Assembly: GCA_964244895.1 (NCBI GenBank)
Contig: CAXTKV010000034.1
Coordinates: forward strand, 1-33,286
Reading direction: 5' to 3'
Origin: an uncultured Deinococcales bacterium
GTDB lineage: Bacteria; Deinococcota; Deinococci; Deinococcales; JAAFIG01
DNA: 33,286 nt
Position 1 is the stretch's first letter, and the number at the start of each line of letters is the position of its first letter. Both the position numbers and the translations under genes were made by a program. Under the pieces are notes generated by a model. That model made no database searches. It was given only the letters and a program-made list of their open reading frames with translations, and was not told the origin of the DNA. Below are positions 17,180-26,366 of this stretch, piece by piece.

Positions 17180-20100
17180 ATGCGCGCACACTCGGACGGT
17201 CAATTGAAGCAGCACACGCCACGCGGATCGGAGCGGGCCACGCCACGCGGATCGGAGCGGGCCACGCCACGCGGTCGGATGGAATTTCACGTCTCGCGCA
17301 AATCGCGCGACTATTACGGCTTTGATCTCGAGTTGTTCTCCAGTTCCGGCAACGTCGTCTTTCCCAATTTCTTCGCGGCACGCGTCTTCGCGCAGAAGAT
17401 GAACGCCAAACGCGACCTGGCCAGGTTCCCGGAGCGCGCGGTGCAGGCCAGCCAGTTGAACGCCATGGGCCTGATCGACGAACTGCTGCACGTGATGCTG
17501 AACCGCTACAAACAGGATCACAACCCGAAATTGATGGCGCAAACCCTGGCCGCGCTCGAAGCGCGCATCGGCGCGGAATGCGTGGACAGAACGCTCAAAA
17601 CCTTCTGCGACGAATTCCCGCCCGTGCGCGTCTACCGCCGCAACCTGGACGTGGACGCGTACTACAAGGGTCAGACGGACGGCGTGCCGAACAGGGAAAT
17701 TCTTCTCGAGGAACTGATCCTACTGCACCTGGCGAACGCCAACCCAGCCTTCTCACCGTTCCTGGAACTCTTCGACGACGAGCGCCTGGAATTTGAAACC
17801 TGCTACCCGGCGCTGGTGCCCGCCGTCGAGCAGTTCTTCGACACCCAACCCGGCTTCGCGGCGGTCGGCGGCCTGAAGCTGTACCGCGCCCTGCGGATGC
17901 CCGCGCTCTCGCACCCGTATTCGCTGGAAGCCCAACTGGAATTCCTGCTCGGGCGGTTTTCCGGCGCGTTGGGTAGCTTCGCGGTGCGGCTGCTCTCGAG
18001 CGTGGATCTGATCCGCGAGGAAGGCCAGTGGTTCCTGGCGCAGGGCGCAGCCAACGGCCCCGGTGGCCCCGGCGGTTTCGGCGGCGAGGTTCACATCCAG
18101 ACGCTCTCGAGCCAACTGCTGGAATACGAACCCGAGAATTTCACGGTCGATCGCGAGTGGATGCCGCGCCTGGTCTTGATGGCCAAGAACGCCTTCGTGT
18201 GGCTCGATCAGCTTTCCCGGCTCTACCAGCGCCCGATCCGCACGCTGGCTGATGTGCCCGACGAGGAACTCGATCAGCTTCAGGCCTGGGGTGTGACGGG
18301 CCTGTGGCTGATCGGGTTATGGGAGCGTTCCGCCGCATCGAAGGACATCAAGCGGCGCATGGGCAACCCGGACGCCGTGGCCAGCGCGTATTCGCTCTAC
18401 GATTACGAGATCGCGCACGACCTGGGCGGCGAGGGCGCACTGGAAAACCTCAAGGCTCGGGCCTGGGCGCGCGGCATCCGCATGGCATCCGACATGGTGC
18501 CCAACCACATCGGTGTCGATGGACGCTGGGTGATGGAACACCCGGACTGGTTCGTGCAACTGCCGTACCCGCCGTTCCCGAGCTACACCTTTCACGGCCC
18601 GGATCTGTCCAACGACGAGCGCGTCGGAATTTTTCTGGAAGACCACTACTGGGATCGTTCGGACGCGGCGGTCGTGTTCAAACGCCTGGACAGGTGGACG
18701 GGCGCGGAGACCTTCATCTATCACGGCAACGATGGCACCAGCCTGCCGTGGAACGATACCGCGCAACTCGATTACCTGAAAGCCGACGTGCGCGAAGCCA
18801 TCATCCAGACGATCCTGCACGTCGCCAGGCAGTTCCCAGTAATCCGCTTCGATGCCGCCATGACGCTCGCCAAGAAGCACATTCAGCGCCTGTGGTTCCC
18901 GGAACCCGGCGCGGGCGCACCCGCCATCGCGTCCCGTGGCGAATTCGGTCTGAGTAAAGCGGATTTTGATCTCATGATGCCCGAAGAGTTCTGGCGCGAG
19001 GTCGTGGATCGCTGCGCCATCGAAGCGCCAGACACGCTGCTGCTGGCTGAAGCTTTCTGGATGATGGAAGGCTACTTCGTGCGCACGCTGGGCATGCACC
19101 GCGTTTACAACAGCGCCTTCATGAACATGCTGCGCGACGAAAAGAACGGCGAGTACCGCGCGATCATGAAAAACACCCTGGAATTCGAGCCGGAAATCAT
19201 GAAGCGCTACGTGAACTTCCTGAACAACCCCGACGAGAAAGCGGCGGTCGAACAGTTCGGCAAGGGTGACAAGTATTTCGGTGCGGCAGTCTTGTGCGCC
19301 ACGCTGCCGGGCTTGCCGATGCTCGGGCACGGGCAGGTCGAGGGTTACACCGAAAAGTACGGCATGGAGTACCGCCGCGCCTACTACGATGAATCACCGG
19401 ATGACGGCCTGATCGAGTACCACCGCCAGCAGGTCTTTCCGCTGTTGAAAAAGCGCTACCTGTTCGCGGACGTGGAAAACTTCGTGCTCTACGATTTTCA
19501 TACCCTGGAAGGCGTGGTGAGCGACGATGTTTTCGCGTACTCCAACCGTTTCGGTGATGAGCGCGCGCTGATCGTGTACCACAACAAATACGGCACTGTG
19601 CGCGGCACGATCCGGCACGGGGATCGCGGCAAGCACCGAGGAGCGGGCGTCGTGGACGGCCTCGGGCTCAACCCGGACGGCGCGCACTACGCGATCTACC
19701 GCGATCTGGTCAGCGGCCTGGAGTACATCCGCAGCAGCAAGGACATCGCGCACGACGGCCTGCAACTCGAGCTCGGGCCGTTCGAGCGCCGCGTCATGCT
19801 GGACTGGCGCGAGGTCTACGACTGGGACGGACGCTACTGGCGCATCGCGCAGATGCTCGGGCCGCGCGGCGTGCCCTCCATCGAGGACGCCAGCCGCGAC
19901 CTGGTCTTAGAACCGATCCTCGGGCCGTGGCGAGAGGTCGTCAACCCGCACGTGTTCCGCAGCCTGATCGAGGCGCGCGGCGCGAAGTCGGCGGCGGGCT
20001 TGATGGGCGAACTCGAGGCGAAACTCAAGGGCTTCGCAGACGGCGTGGAATCCGTGAGTCAACGCAACCCTGACGGTGCGGCTTTCGCAGCGGGCGTCCG

Positions 20101-21559
20101 ATCCGACCTGGAAAAAGTGCTCAAGCTGCCGCCCGGCCTGGGATTGAGCGACGATCCCGTCAGATGGGGCGGCGTCTTCAGTTGGGTGCTGACGCGCCGA
20201 TTGGGTCAACTCGACGGCGACCCATCCTCGGCGCGTTCGCGCAGCCTGATCGACGAATGGCGGCTCGGGCCGACCCTGGAAAATACCCTGCGGGAACTCG
20301 GCGCGAGCGGAACTGATTCCTCGCGCAGCGTGGCGCACGCGAAATTGCTGGTCGCGCAGCAGGATTCCCTGGCGGGTTCAGCCTCGAACGCGTTCCTGGA
20401 AGAGTTGTTCAACGATGCCGAAGCCCAATCTGTGCTCGGCGTCAACCGTTACCGCGAGGTGCTGTGGTTCAACCGCGAATCCTTCGAGGCGCTGCTCATG
20501 AGCACCGCACCCGTCGCGGTCATCGCCGCCAGCACACCGAGCGCGACCCGCACGGCATCATGGACGGCGCAACTGGACGCGTTCCGCGCGTTGGGCGAAT
20601 CTTCCGGCTACCGCGTCGAGGAACTGTTGGTCAGCCTGCGCGCGCCGAAAGCCAAACGCGCCAGTGCGTCCACGACGAAGAAAACTGTAGCCAAGCCCGA
20701 GAAGACCCCGCCCGAGACGGCCTCCTCGAGATCAAAAAAGACCGTCCCAGACGGCGTCGTTGTCGCGCCTCCAAAGAAAGCCCCAGTTGCAAAAGCACTG
20801 GTTCAGAAACCAGCTGCTGAGCCCGAGATCGCGTCCAGCGCGGCGTCTACGGGATCGAAGAAGACCGCTCAGAAAGCCGCGTCTACCGTTGCGCCGAAGA
20901 AAACGCCGCCCGCGAAAGCTTCGAGCGCGACCCCCGCCGAGAAAGCCTCGAGCGTTGCGGTTCCGAAGACGCCCGCAAAAACCAACAAGGCTGTTCCTGT
21001 CGCGGTTGCGACCCCCGTGAAGGTCGCACCTAAACCCGCGAAAGCCTCGGGCGGGCCCGCCGTCTCGGGCAAGGTTGCCAAAGCTCCGGCAGTCGAGGCG
21101 AAAGCGCCGAGCGAGGCCAGCGCGACCAAAGCCGTCGGCAAGGGTGCTGCGACCAAAATTTCGAGCAAGACAGCGCCGGCCTCGAGTGCGCCCACGGCCA
21201 AGAAGACCGCTGCGCCCAAAGCGGCGAAGGTCGAACCGAAGAAACCCGCCAAAGCCAGCCCCGCGAAGACCGCCAAACCCGTCCTGCCCGACGACCTGAC
21301 GCGGATCGAGGGCATCGGCCCGAAGATGGCGTCGGCATTGAACGCGGCGGGCATCACGACCTTCGCGCAGCTCTCGAAATCCAAGGACGCCGCCTTGCAG
21401 GCCGCCCTCGAGAAATCCGGGATGCGTTTCGCGCCGAGCCTGCCCACCTGGTCGAAGCAAGCCGCGCTCCTGGAACGCGGCGACGAGGCCGGGTTTCAGA
21501 AACTGACGGGACGCCTGGTGGCGGGTCGCGATCCAGGCAAGGGTTCGAGCAAGTCTTAA
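17180..21559 (+). CDS. Large GH13 alpha-amylase-family protein with C-terminal Lys/Ala/Pro-rich tail and helix-hairpin-helix domain
   Basis: GH13 motifs SDMVPNH, IRFDAAMTL (nucleophile), LLAEAFW (acid/base), NNPDE. These are followed by a ~220-aa K/A/P/S/T tract and DDLTRIEGIGPKMASALNAAGITTFAQL. Start at ATG 17180 (GGAGGG RBS) or 17279. Confidence 0.88.
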   Translation: MRAHSDGQLKQHTPRGSERATPRGSERATPRGRMEFHVSRKSRDYYGFDLELFSSSGNVVFPNFFAARVFAQKMNAKRDLARFPERAVQASQLNAMGLIDELLHVMLNRYKQDHNPKLMAQTLAALEARIGAECVDRTLKTFCDEFPPVRVYRRNLDVDAYYKGQTDGVPNREILLEELILLHLANANPAFSPFLELFDDERLEFETCYPALVPAVEQFFDTQPGFAAVGGLKLYRALRMPALSHPYSLEAQLEFLLGRFSGALGSFAVRLLSSVDLIREEGQWFLAQGAANGPGGPGGFGGEVHIQTLSSQLLEYEPENFTVDREWMPRLVLMAKNAFVWLDQLSRLYQRPIRTLADVPDEELDQLQAWGVTGLWLIGLWERSAASKDIKRRMGNPDAVASAYSLYDYEIAHDLGGEGALENLKARAWARGIRMASDMVPNHIGVDGRWVMEHPDWFVQLPYPPFPSYTFHGPDLSNDERVGIFLEDHYWDRSDAAVVFKRLDRWTGAETFIYHGNDGTSLPWNDTAQLDYLKADVREAIIQTILHVARQFPVIRFDAAMTLAKKHIQRLWFPEPGAGAPAIASRGEFGLSKADFDLMMPEEFWREVVDRCAIEAPDTLLLAEAFWMMEGYFVRTLGMHRVYNSAFMNMLRDEKNGEYRAIMKNTLEFEPEIMKRYVNFLNNPDEKAAVEQFGKGDKYFGAAVLCATLPGLPMLGHGQVEGYTEKYGMEYRRAYYDESPDDGLIEYHRQQVFPLLKKRYLFADVENFVLYDFHTLEGVVSDDVFAYSNRFGDERALIVYHNKYGTVRGTIRHGDRGKHRGAGVVDGLGLNPDGAHYAIYRDLVSGLEYIRSSKDIAHDGLQLELGPFERRVMLDWREVYDWDGRYWRIAQMLGPRGVPSIEDASRDLVLEPILGPWREVVNPHVFRSLIEARGAKSAAGLMGELEAKLKGFADGVESVSQRNPDGAAFAAGVRSDLEKVLKLPPGLGLSDDPVRWGGVFSWVLTRRLGQLDGDPSSARSRSLIDEWRLGPTLENTLRELGASGTDSSRSVAHAKLLVAQQDSLAGSASNAFLEELFNDAEAQSVLGVNRYREVLWFNRESFEALLMSTAPVAVIAASTPSATRTASWTAQLDAFRALGESSGYRVEELLVSLRAPKAKRASASTTKKTVAKPEKTPPETASSRSKKTVPDGVVVAPPKKAPVAKALVQKPAAEPEIASSAASTGSKKTAQKAASTVAPKKTPPAKASSATPAEKASSVAVPKTPAKTNKAVPVAVATPVKVAPKPAKASGGPAVSGKVAKAPAVEAKAPSEASATKAVGKGAATKISSKTAPASSAPTAKKTAAPKAAKVEPKKPAKASPAKTAKPVLPDDLTRIEGIGPKMASALNAAGITTFAQLSKSKDAALQAALEKSGMRFAPSLPTWSKQAALLERGDEAGFQKLTGRLVAGRDPGKGSSKS
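17215..17274 (+). repeat. 24-bp tandem repeat, 2.5 copies
   Basis: CACGCCACGCGGATCGGAGCGGGC x2 plus CACGCCACGCGG, encoding TPRGSERA repeats. Confidence 0.9.
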
Positions 21560-21593
21560 CTGTTGCCCGCTTCCACAACCCAAAATGCCCAAG

Positions 21594-21619
21594 ACCTCCC
21601 CTGCCAAGGCAGGGGAGGT
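21594..21619 (+). terminator. GC-rich hairpin downstream of the amylase gene (possible terminator)
   Basis: ACCTCCCCTGCC-aa-GGCAGGGGAGGT. No clear U-tract. Confidence 0.5.
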
Positions 21620-21676
21620 GTCGTCAGCCCGCTTTTGGTTGATGACGGAGGGGTCGCCTTGCATTTCTGAACCCAC

Positions 21677-21694
21677 TTTTGTATCCTGTATACA
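21677..21694 (+). promoter_or_regulatory. Leaderless -10 element overlapped by a putative GntR operator
   Basis: TTTTGTATCCTGTATACA immediately before ATG 21695. TATCCT is 7 nt upstream of the ATG, with a TGTATACA palindrome and repeated TGTAT. Confidence 0.55.
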
Positions 21695-22408
21695 ATGCTG
21701 ACCTCGGAGCCATCTCGAGAACCCGGACTCGAGCCACCCAAAACGCTGGGATTCGCCAGACCCAACCTCGTGCGCGACGAGGTCTACGACCACATCAAGG
21801 CTGAAATCCTGACCGGCAAGCTGACCAGCGGCGAACGCCTGGCCGAGATCGCGCTGGCCGAACGCCTCGGGGTCAGCCGCACGCCCGTGCGCGAGGCCGT
21901 GCAGCGCCTCGTGCAGGACGGTCTGGTCGAGGTCGAAGCCAACAAGGGAGCGAAGGTGCGCGCCCTGTCCATTTCGCAAATAGAGGAGACCTACGCCGTG
22001 CGCGAGGCGCTCGACGGGCTGGCCGCGCGTCTGGCCGCGGAGCACCGCACCGAGGCTGACCTGTTGCGGATGCGGGATGCGCTGGACAAGCTCGAGACTT
22101 CGCCCATGGACGCCTACCTCGAGCAGGTCGCGATCGACCTGGAATTTCACGCCGCCATCGCCAACGCATCCAGGAACACCGTGCTGGACGGTGTTCTTCG
22201 CGGTATTTCAGAAACCGTCACCCGCGTCAAACAGCTCACCCGCGAGACCAACCAGACCCTGGAAACCCGCACCGACCACCACGCGATCCTGAACGCCATC
22301 CAGGGACGCGATCCGGAGGCCGCCGAACGCGCCGCCAGAGCCCACGTCCGCCGATTTCAGAGGCTCGTGATCGGGCAAATCATGGAGGTTCAAGATGCTC
22401 AACGTTGA
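21695..22408 (+). CDS. GntR-family (FCD domain) regulator of proline utilisation
   Basis: GERLAEIALAERLGVSRTPVREA HTH; REALDG..D.EFH..I..ASRN..DHHAIL.AI...D (FCD). Overlaps PRODH by 14 bp. Confidence 0.92.
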   Translation: MLTSEPSREPGLEPPKTLGFARPNLVRDEVYDHIKAEILTGKLTSGERLAEIALAERLGVSRTPVREAVQRLVQDGLVEVEANKGAKVRALSISQIEETYAVREALDGLAARLAAEHRTEADLLRMRDALDKLETSPMDAYLEQVAIDLEFHAAIANASRNTVLDGVLRGISETVTRVKQLTRETNQTLETRTDHHAILNAIQGRDPEAAERAARAHVRRFQRLVIGQIMEVQDAQR

Positions 22409-23318
22409 CCGCCTCTACCGTTCCGCCGTGCTGGGCGTGGCCGGAAACGGCTTCATCAAGAAACTCGTCGAGGAACGCGGACGATTCGCGGTCAACCGCT
22501 TCGTGGCCGGGGAAACCCTGCCTGAAGCGCTTCAATCCGTGGACGCGCTCGAGCAGGACGGCGTTCACGGCATCCTGGATTTGCTGGGCGAGATGGTCAA
22601 CACCGAAGCGGAAGCCGAAGCCTTCACCGCGCAGATCCTGGAGATTTGCGCCGCGCTGGAAGCCAAAAGCTGGCCGAAATACGTTTCCATCAAACTCTCG
22701 CAACTCGGGCTGGACTTGCGCCCCGAACTCGCTTTTCAGAACGCCAGACGAATTATTGCCGCCGCGAAACTCGCCGGGGCGTTCGTGCGCGTGGACATGG
22801 AAGACAGCCCGCGCATCGATAAAACCATCGAGCTCTTTCGCGCCTTGCGCGGTGAATTCTTCAACGTCGGGTTGGTGCTGCAATCCATGCTCTACCGCAC
22901 CGAAAAAGACCTGGAAGACCTGGCGGATCTGAAACCCAACTTGCGCATCGTCAAGGGCGCGTACCTCGAGCCCGCCGGGGTCGCGTACCCCGACAAGAAC
23001 GCCGTGGACATGGCCTACCGCCGTCTGGTGTACCGCAACCTGGAACTGGGCAACCACACCGCCATCGCCACGCACGACGAAACCATCATCAAGGACATCA
23101 AGTTGTACGCCGAGAAATCCAAGATTCCCAGGGATCTTTTTGAATTCCAGATGCTCTACGGTATCCGCCGCGACTTGCAAAAACAGCTCGCGCAGGAGGG
23201 CTTCACGGTGCGGGCGTACATCCCCTACGGAAAGGACTGGTATGCGTATTTCTCGAGAAGAATAGCGGAGAGACCTGCAAACGTGGGCTTCGTGCTGAGC
23301 GGAATGCTGAAGGGTTGA
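22395..23318 (+). CDS. putB: Monofunctional proline dehydrogenase
   Basis: RFVAGET, DLLGE, SIKLSQLG, RVDMED, RIVKGAYLEP, IATHD, FQMLYGIR, YIPYG..W..YFSRRIAERPAN. Confidence 0.93.
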   Translation: MLNVDRLYRSAVLGVAGNGFIKKLVEERGRFAVNRFVAGETLPEALQSVDALEQDGVHGILDLLGEMVNTEAEAEAFTAQILEICAALEAKSWPKYVSIKLSQLGLDLRPELAFQNARRIIAAAKLAGAFVRVDMEDSPRIDKTIELFRALRGEFFNVGLVLQSMLYRTEKDLEDLADLKPNLRIVKGAYLEPAGVAYPDKNAVDMAYRRLVYRNLELGNHTAIATHDETIIKDIKLYAEKSKIPRDLFEFQMLYGIRRDLQKQLAQEGFTVRAYIPYGKDWYAYFSRRIAERPANVGFVLSGMLKG

Positions 23319-23328
23319 GGTGTTGAAG

Positions 23329-23430
23329 AAGACCATCTGCGACGGTGTTCTCGAGAATCAAGAAAATGCTGTGCTGGAGCGCGAGTAGCCCGTTAGGTGC
23401 TGTTTCAAGAACAAGAACGGTGTTCTCGAG
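23329..23430. repeat. Two half-elements; 14-bp direct repeat ACGGTGTTCTCGAG
   Basis: ACGGTGTTCTCGAG at 23342-23355 and 23417-23430, between PRODH and the antitoxin. Confidence 0.7.
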
Positions 23431-23470
23431 TCTCACAGACACGTTTTGAAGAACGGAGCACAATACGATC

Positions 23471-23686
23471 ATGGTGAGTCTCAAAGAGATCAAAGCTGCC
23501 GTACCGGAACTGAGTCCCGAAGAACGTGACGAACTACGCGCATTACTCCAGGAACTCGACGATAGCTCAGAACTTAGCCCAGCGTGGAGGGTGGAGATCG
23601 AGCGACGTGTCGCGGATTATCGAAGCGGAAAAACGAAAGGTGTGCCGCTCGAGGACGTGATGGATGAGCTTGAACGTCGTTCTTGA
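23471..23686 (+). CDS. Putative addiction-module antitoxin
   Basis: ELSPEERDELRALLQEL..ELSPAWRVEIERRVADYRSGKTKGVPLEDVM: typical small acidic addiction-module component, overlapping a RelE/ParE-like gene. Confidence 0.8.
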   Translation: MVSLKEIKAAVPELSPEERDELRALLQELDDSSELSPAWRVEIERRVADYRSGKTKGVPLEDVMDELERRS

Positions 23687-23972
23687 TGCGTTCGCTCGCG
23701 TCGAACTCAGTCGCATTCAGGAACGTCTCCGAACGATTTCGCCTCAGCGTGCAGCGGCGTTTAGGAAAGCGCTGAGTGAAACCCTCGAGAGCGTGCTGGC
23801 TTTCCCCGAAGCCTACAGAGTGGTTCACCAACAGGTTGGTGCGCGTTAGATTCGCGTGAATGGCTTCCCCTATTCCCTGGTTTACCTGATTGATCCTGAC
23901 GCCATTTTCATCATCGCTGTCATGCACGAACGCCAAGACCCAGAGTACTGGCTTGATCGTCTCGAGCCGTGA
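23664..23972 (+). pseudogene. RelE/ParE-family toxin interrupted by an in-frame TAG (23847-23849)
   Basis: MSLNVVLDAFARVEL...LAFPEAYRVVHQQVGAR*IRVNGFPYSLVYLIDPDAIFIIAVMHERQDPEYWLDRLEP-TGA. The hallmark C-terminus (FPY.LVY..I.IIAVMH.R..P.YW) continues in frame after the stop. Confidence 0.85.
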
Positions 23973-24010
23973 TTGTTGTCAAAACGTGAAACTGAGAAAA
24001 GAGGAATCAA

Positions 24011-25558
24011 ATGAACCTTCCCCCGTACCGCCAGGAACCGATGTTGGACACCAAAAACCCCGACCAGATCGCCAGGTACAGGGCCGCGCTGGACTCCGTG
24101 CGCGCCAGAATCGGGCAGAAAATCCCGCTCGTGATCGGCGCGGAACGCATCTTCACGGATGACGCGATCCCGTCCGTCAACCCGTGCAAGACCTCCGAGA
24201 TCATCGGCTTGACCTCGAGCGCCAGCGCGGAGCACGCGGACAGGGCGCTCGAGGTGGCGTGGACGGCCTTCGGTTCCTGGAAGCGCACCAGCGCCGAGGA
24301 TCGTGCGGGTTTGCTCTTGAAGGTGGCTCAGGTCTTGCGTGAGCGCCGCTACGAGTTCGACGCGCTGATGACCCTGGAGGTCGGCAAGAACTTCTGGGAG
24401 GCCGAAGCGGAACTGACCGAGGCCGTGGATTTCCTCGAGTTCTACGCGCGGCAGGCCCTGAAATTTGCTGAACCCCTCGAGATGCTCCAGATGCCGAACG
24501 AGCGCGACGTGGCGACTTACATTCCGCTCGGGGCGGGCGTCAGCATCACGCCGTGGAATTTCCCGCTGGCGATCTTCCTGGGGCAGTTGCTCGCCCCGGT
24601 CGCGGCGGGCAACACCATGATCGCCAAACCCGCCGAGGAATCGAGCGTGATCGCGGCCTGGGCGGTGGATGCGGTGCTGGACGCGGGCGTTCCTGCGGGC
24701 GTGGTGAACTTCCTGCCCGGCAACGGTGAAGTCGTCGGCGCGAGGCTGGTGCAGAGCCCGAAGACGCGCTTCATTGCCTTTACGGGTTCCAAGAACGTGG
24801 GCTTGTGGATCAACGCGGAAGCCGCCAAAGTCCAGCCTGGTCAGCGCTGGATCAAGCGCGTCACGCTGGAATTGGGCGGCAAGGACGGCATGATCGTGGA
24901 CGAGACCGCCGACCTGGACAACGCCGCCGATGCCGCCGTGGCGGGTGCGTTCGGCTTCGCGGGCCAGAAATGCAGCGCCCTTTCCAGGTTGATCGTGGTG
25001 GACAGCGTTCACGAGGCGCTCTTGGAAAAAGTTAAATCACGCGTCGAGAAGCTCAAAATGGGTGAGGCGGAACTGGGCAGCGATGTCAACGCCGTCATCA
25101 ACCAGGAATCGCACGACAAATCCAGGCAGTTTCTCGAGATTGCAAAAACGGAAGGCCGCGTGGTCGTCGGTGGCGAACTGGGGCCATCCGAAGGCTATTT
25201 CGTTCAGCCGACCGTCGTGACGGACGTGAAGCACGAATCCAGGCTGGCGCAGGAAGAAATCTTCGGCCCGATCCTCTCCGTCATTCCCGTTCCCGATTTC
25301 GAGGAAGCCATGCGCGTCATCAACGACACCGATTACGGTCTGACGGGCGGTTTGTGCTCGACCGACGAATCCCGCCTGGCGCGCGCCGAACAGGAATTGC
25401 ACGTCGGCAATCTGTACCTGAACCGCAAGATCACCGGCGCGATGGTCGGATCGCACCCGTTCGGCGGGTTCAACCTGTCCGGTACGGATTCCAAGGCGGG
25501 TGGGCCGGATTACCTGTCGCACTTCTTGCAGATGAAATCTATTGCGCGTCGGACGTAG
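24011..25558 (+). CDS. pruA: L-glutamate gamma-semialdehyde (P5C) dehydrogenase
   Basis: [43 protein letters not shown] (catalytic Cys), [43 protein letters not shown]. Confidence 0.95.
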   Translation: MNLPPYRQEPMLDTKNPDQIARYRAALDSVRARIGQKIPLVIGAERIFTDDAIPSVNPCKTSEIIGLTSSASAEHADRALEVAWTAFGSWKRTSAEDRAGLLLKVAQVLRERRYEFDALMTLEVGKNFWEAEAELTEAVDFLEFYARQALKFAEPLEMLQMPNERDVATYIPLGAGVSITPWNFPLAIFLGQLLAPVAAGNTMIAKPAEESSVIAAWAVDAVLDAGVPAGVVNFLPGNGEVVGARLVQSPKTRFIAFTGSKNVGLWINAEAAKVQPGQRWIKRVTLELGGKDGMIVDETADLDNAADAAVAGAFGFAGQKCSALSRLIVVDSVHEALLEKVKSRVEKLKMGEAELGSDVNAVINQESHDKSRQFLEIAKTEGRVVVGGELGPSEGYFVQPTVVTDVKHESRLAQEEIFGPILSVIPVPDFEEAMRVINDTDYGLTGGLCSTDESRLARAEQELHVGNLYLNRKITGAMVGSHPFGGFNLSGTDSKAGGPDYLSHFLQMKSIARRT

Positions 25559-25569
25559 TCGGTCTCGAG

Positions 25570-25615
25570 AGCACCGTCCAGCACGCATTTTAAGATTCGC
25601 GTCCGGGACGGTGCT
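25570..25615. repeat. Full 46-bp bipartite dispersed element
   Basis: AGCAC-CGT-ccagc-ACG-cattttaagattcg-CGT-ccggg-ACG-GTGCT. The complementary flanks extend to CGAG..CTCG. Confidence 0.9.
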
Positions 25616-25648
25616 CTCGCATCAAGCACGCTCGAGCTGCACGGTTTC

Positions 25649-25672
25649 GTAGGGGCGCGATTTGTCGCGCCC
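25649..25672 (+). repeat. GTAG-type REP-like palindrome (single copy)
   Basis: GTAG-GGGCGCGA-tttg-TCGCGCCC: GTAG tetranucleotide followed by a GC-rich hairpin. Confidence 0.6.
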
Positions 25673-25717
25673 GCCCTAACGCCAACGCGACAGGAACGCT
25701 GATTCTTCAAGCTCACG

Positions 25718-25744
25718 AAAAAGCCCCGGAGATCATCCGGGGCT
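25718..25744 (-). terminator. Rho-independent terminator for the minus-strand hypothetical gene
   Basis: AAAA-AGCCCCGGA-gatca-TCCGGGGCT: stem plus U-tract on the minus strand, 13 bp after stop 25758. Confidence 0.75.
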
Positions 25745-25757
25745 CGAGCGTTCGAGT

Positions 25758-26117
25758 TCAGCGTTGGTCAATGCTCGACGGTGGGTCGATCCTGCCGACC
25801 ATGACTTCCTGCGTGGCGGTCAGGCTCGGGTTGGGACGCACCATCGGCATGACGGTCTCGGCGTCGCAACTGGCGATGAACCGCCAGCGGTACGTGCCGG
25901 GAATCTGCGCGGGAGCGGGTTGCAGCGCGATCACTTCGAGTTGGATGCCGTGAGCGAAGAGCGTGATCGGGCCTCTGGAGAGCGAGATCACGTCCACGGC
26001 GACGATGCTGAAGCTGCCGCGCGCCTCGCTACGAGTACCGTCGACGGTGTTGACCCAACCGTTGAGGATGGTGCGGGTTTTATCTCCCTGCTCGAGTTTT
26101 CCACTGGTGAGATCCAA
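25758..26117 (-). CDS. Hypothetical protein (119 aa)
   Basis: TTG start with purine-rich upstream sequence, GC-rich third codon positions, followed by a terminator. No recognised family. Confidence 0.55.
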   Translation of the reverse strand: MDLTSGKLEQGDKTRTILNGWVNTVDGTRSEARGSFSIVAVDVISLSRGPITLFAHGIQLEVIALQPAPAQIPGTYRWRFIASCDAETVMPMVRPNPSLTATQEVMVGRIDPPSSIDQR

Positions 26118-26366
26118 AACCCTGCGCCCCCTTGAGCATCGTTCCAGAGACTGTCTGGTGCGTGCTTTGGTCTTGAGATTCAGATTACGGGCAGAACGCT
26201 TTTGAACGTGTGCAGATCACGCACGCATACCGTCCAGAAAGCATTTTCTGAGCTTTGATGATCGCGCAGGGACTCGGCCATGCCGTGTGGCACGCGATGC
26301 TTATTGTTGATCAAGTCTGGCGTTCCAAACTGGTTTTCGAGCGGGTTGACCCGATTGAACCTGCAC

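Noticed and set aside
23847..23849. Genetic-code reassignment or pyrrolysine at the toxin TAG
   Set aside because: TAG terminates intact genes in this window (S8 protease, P5CDH), and no pyl genes are seen.
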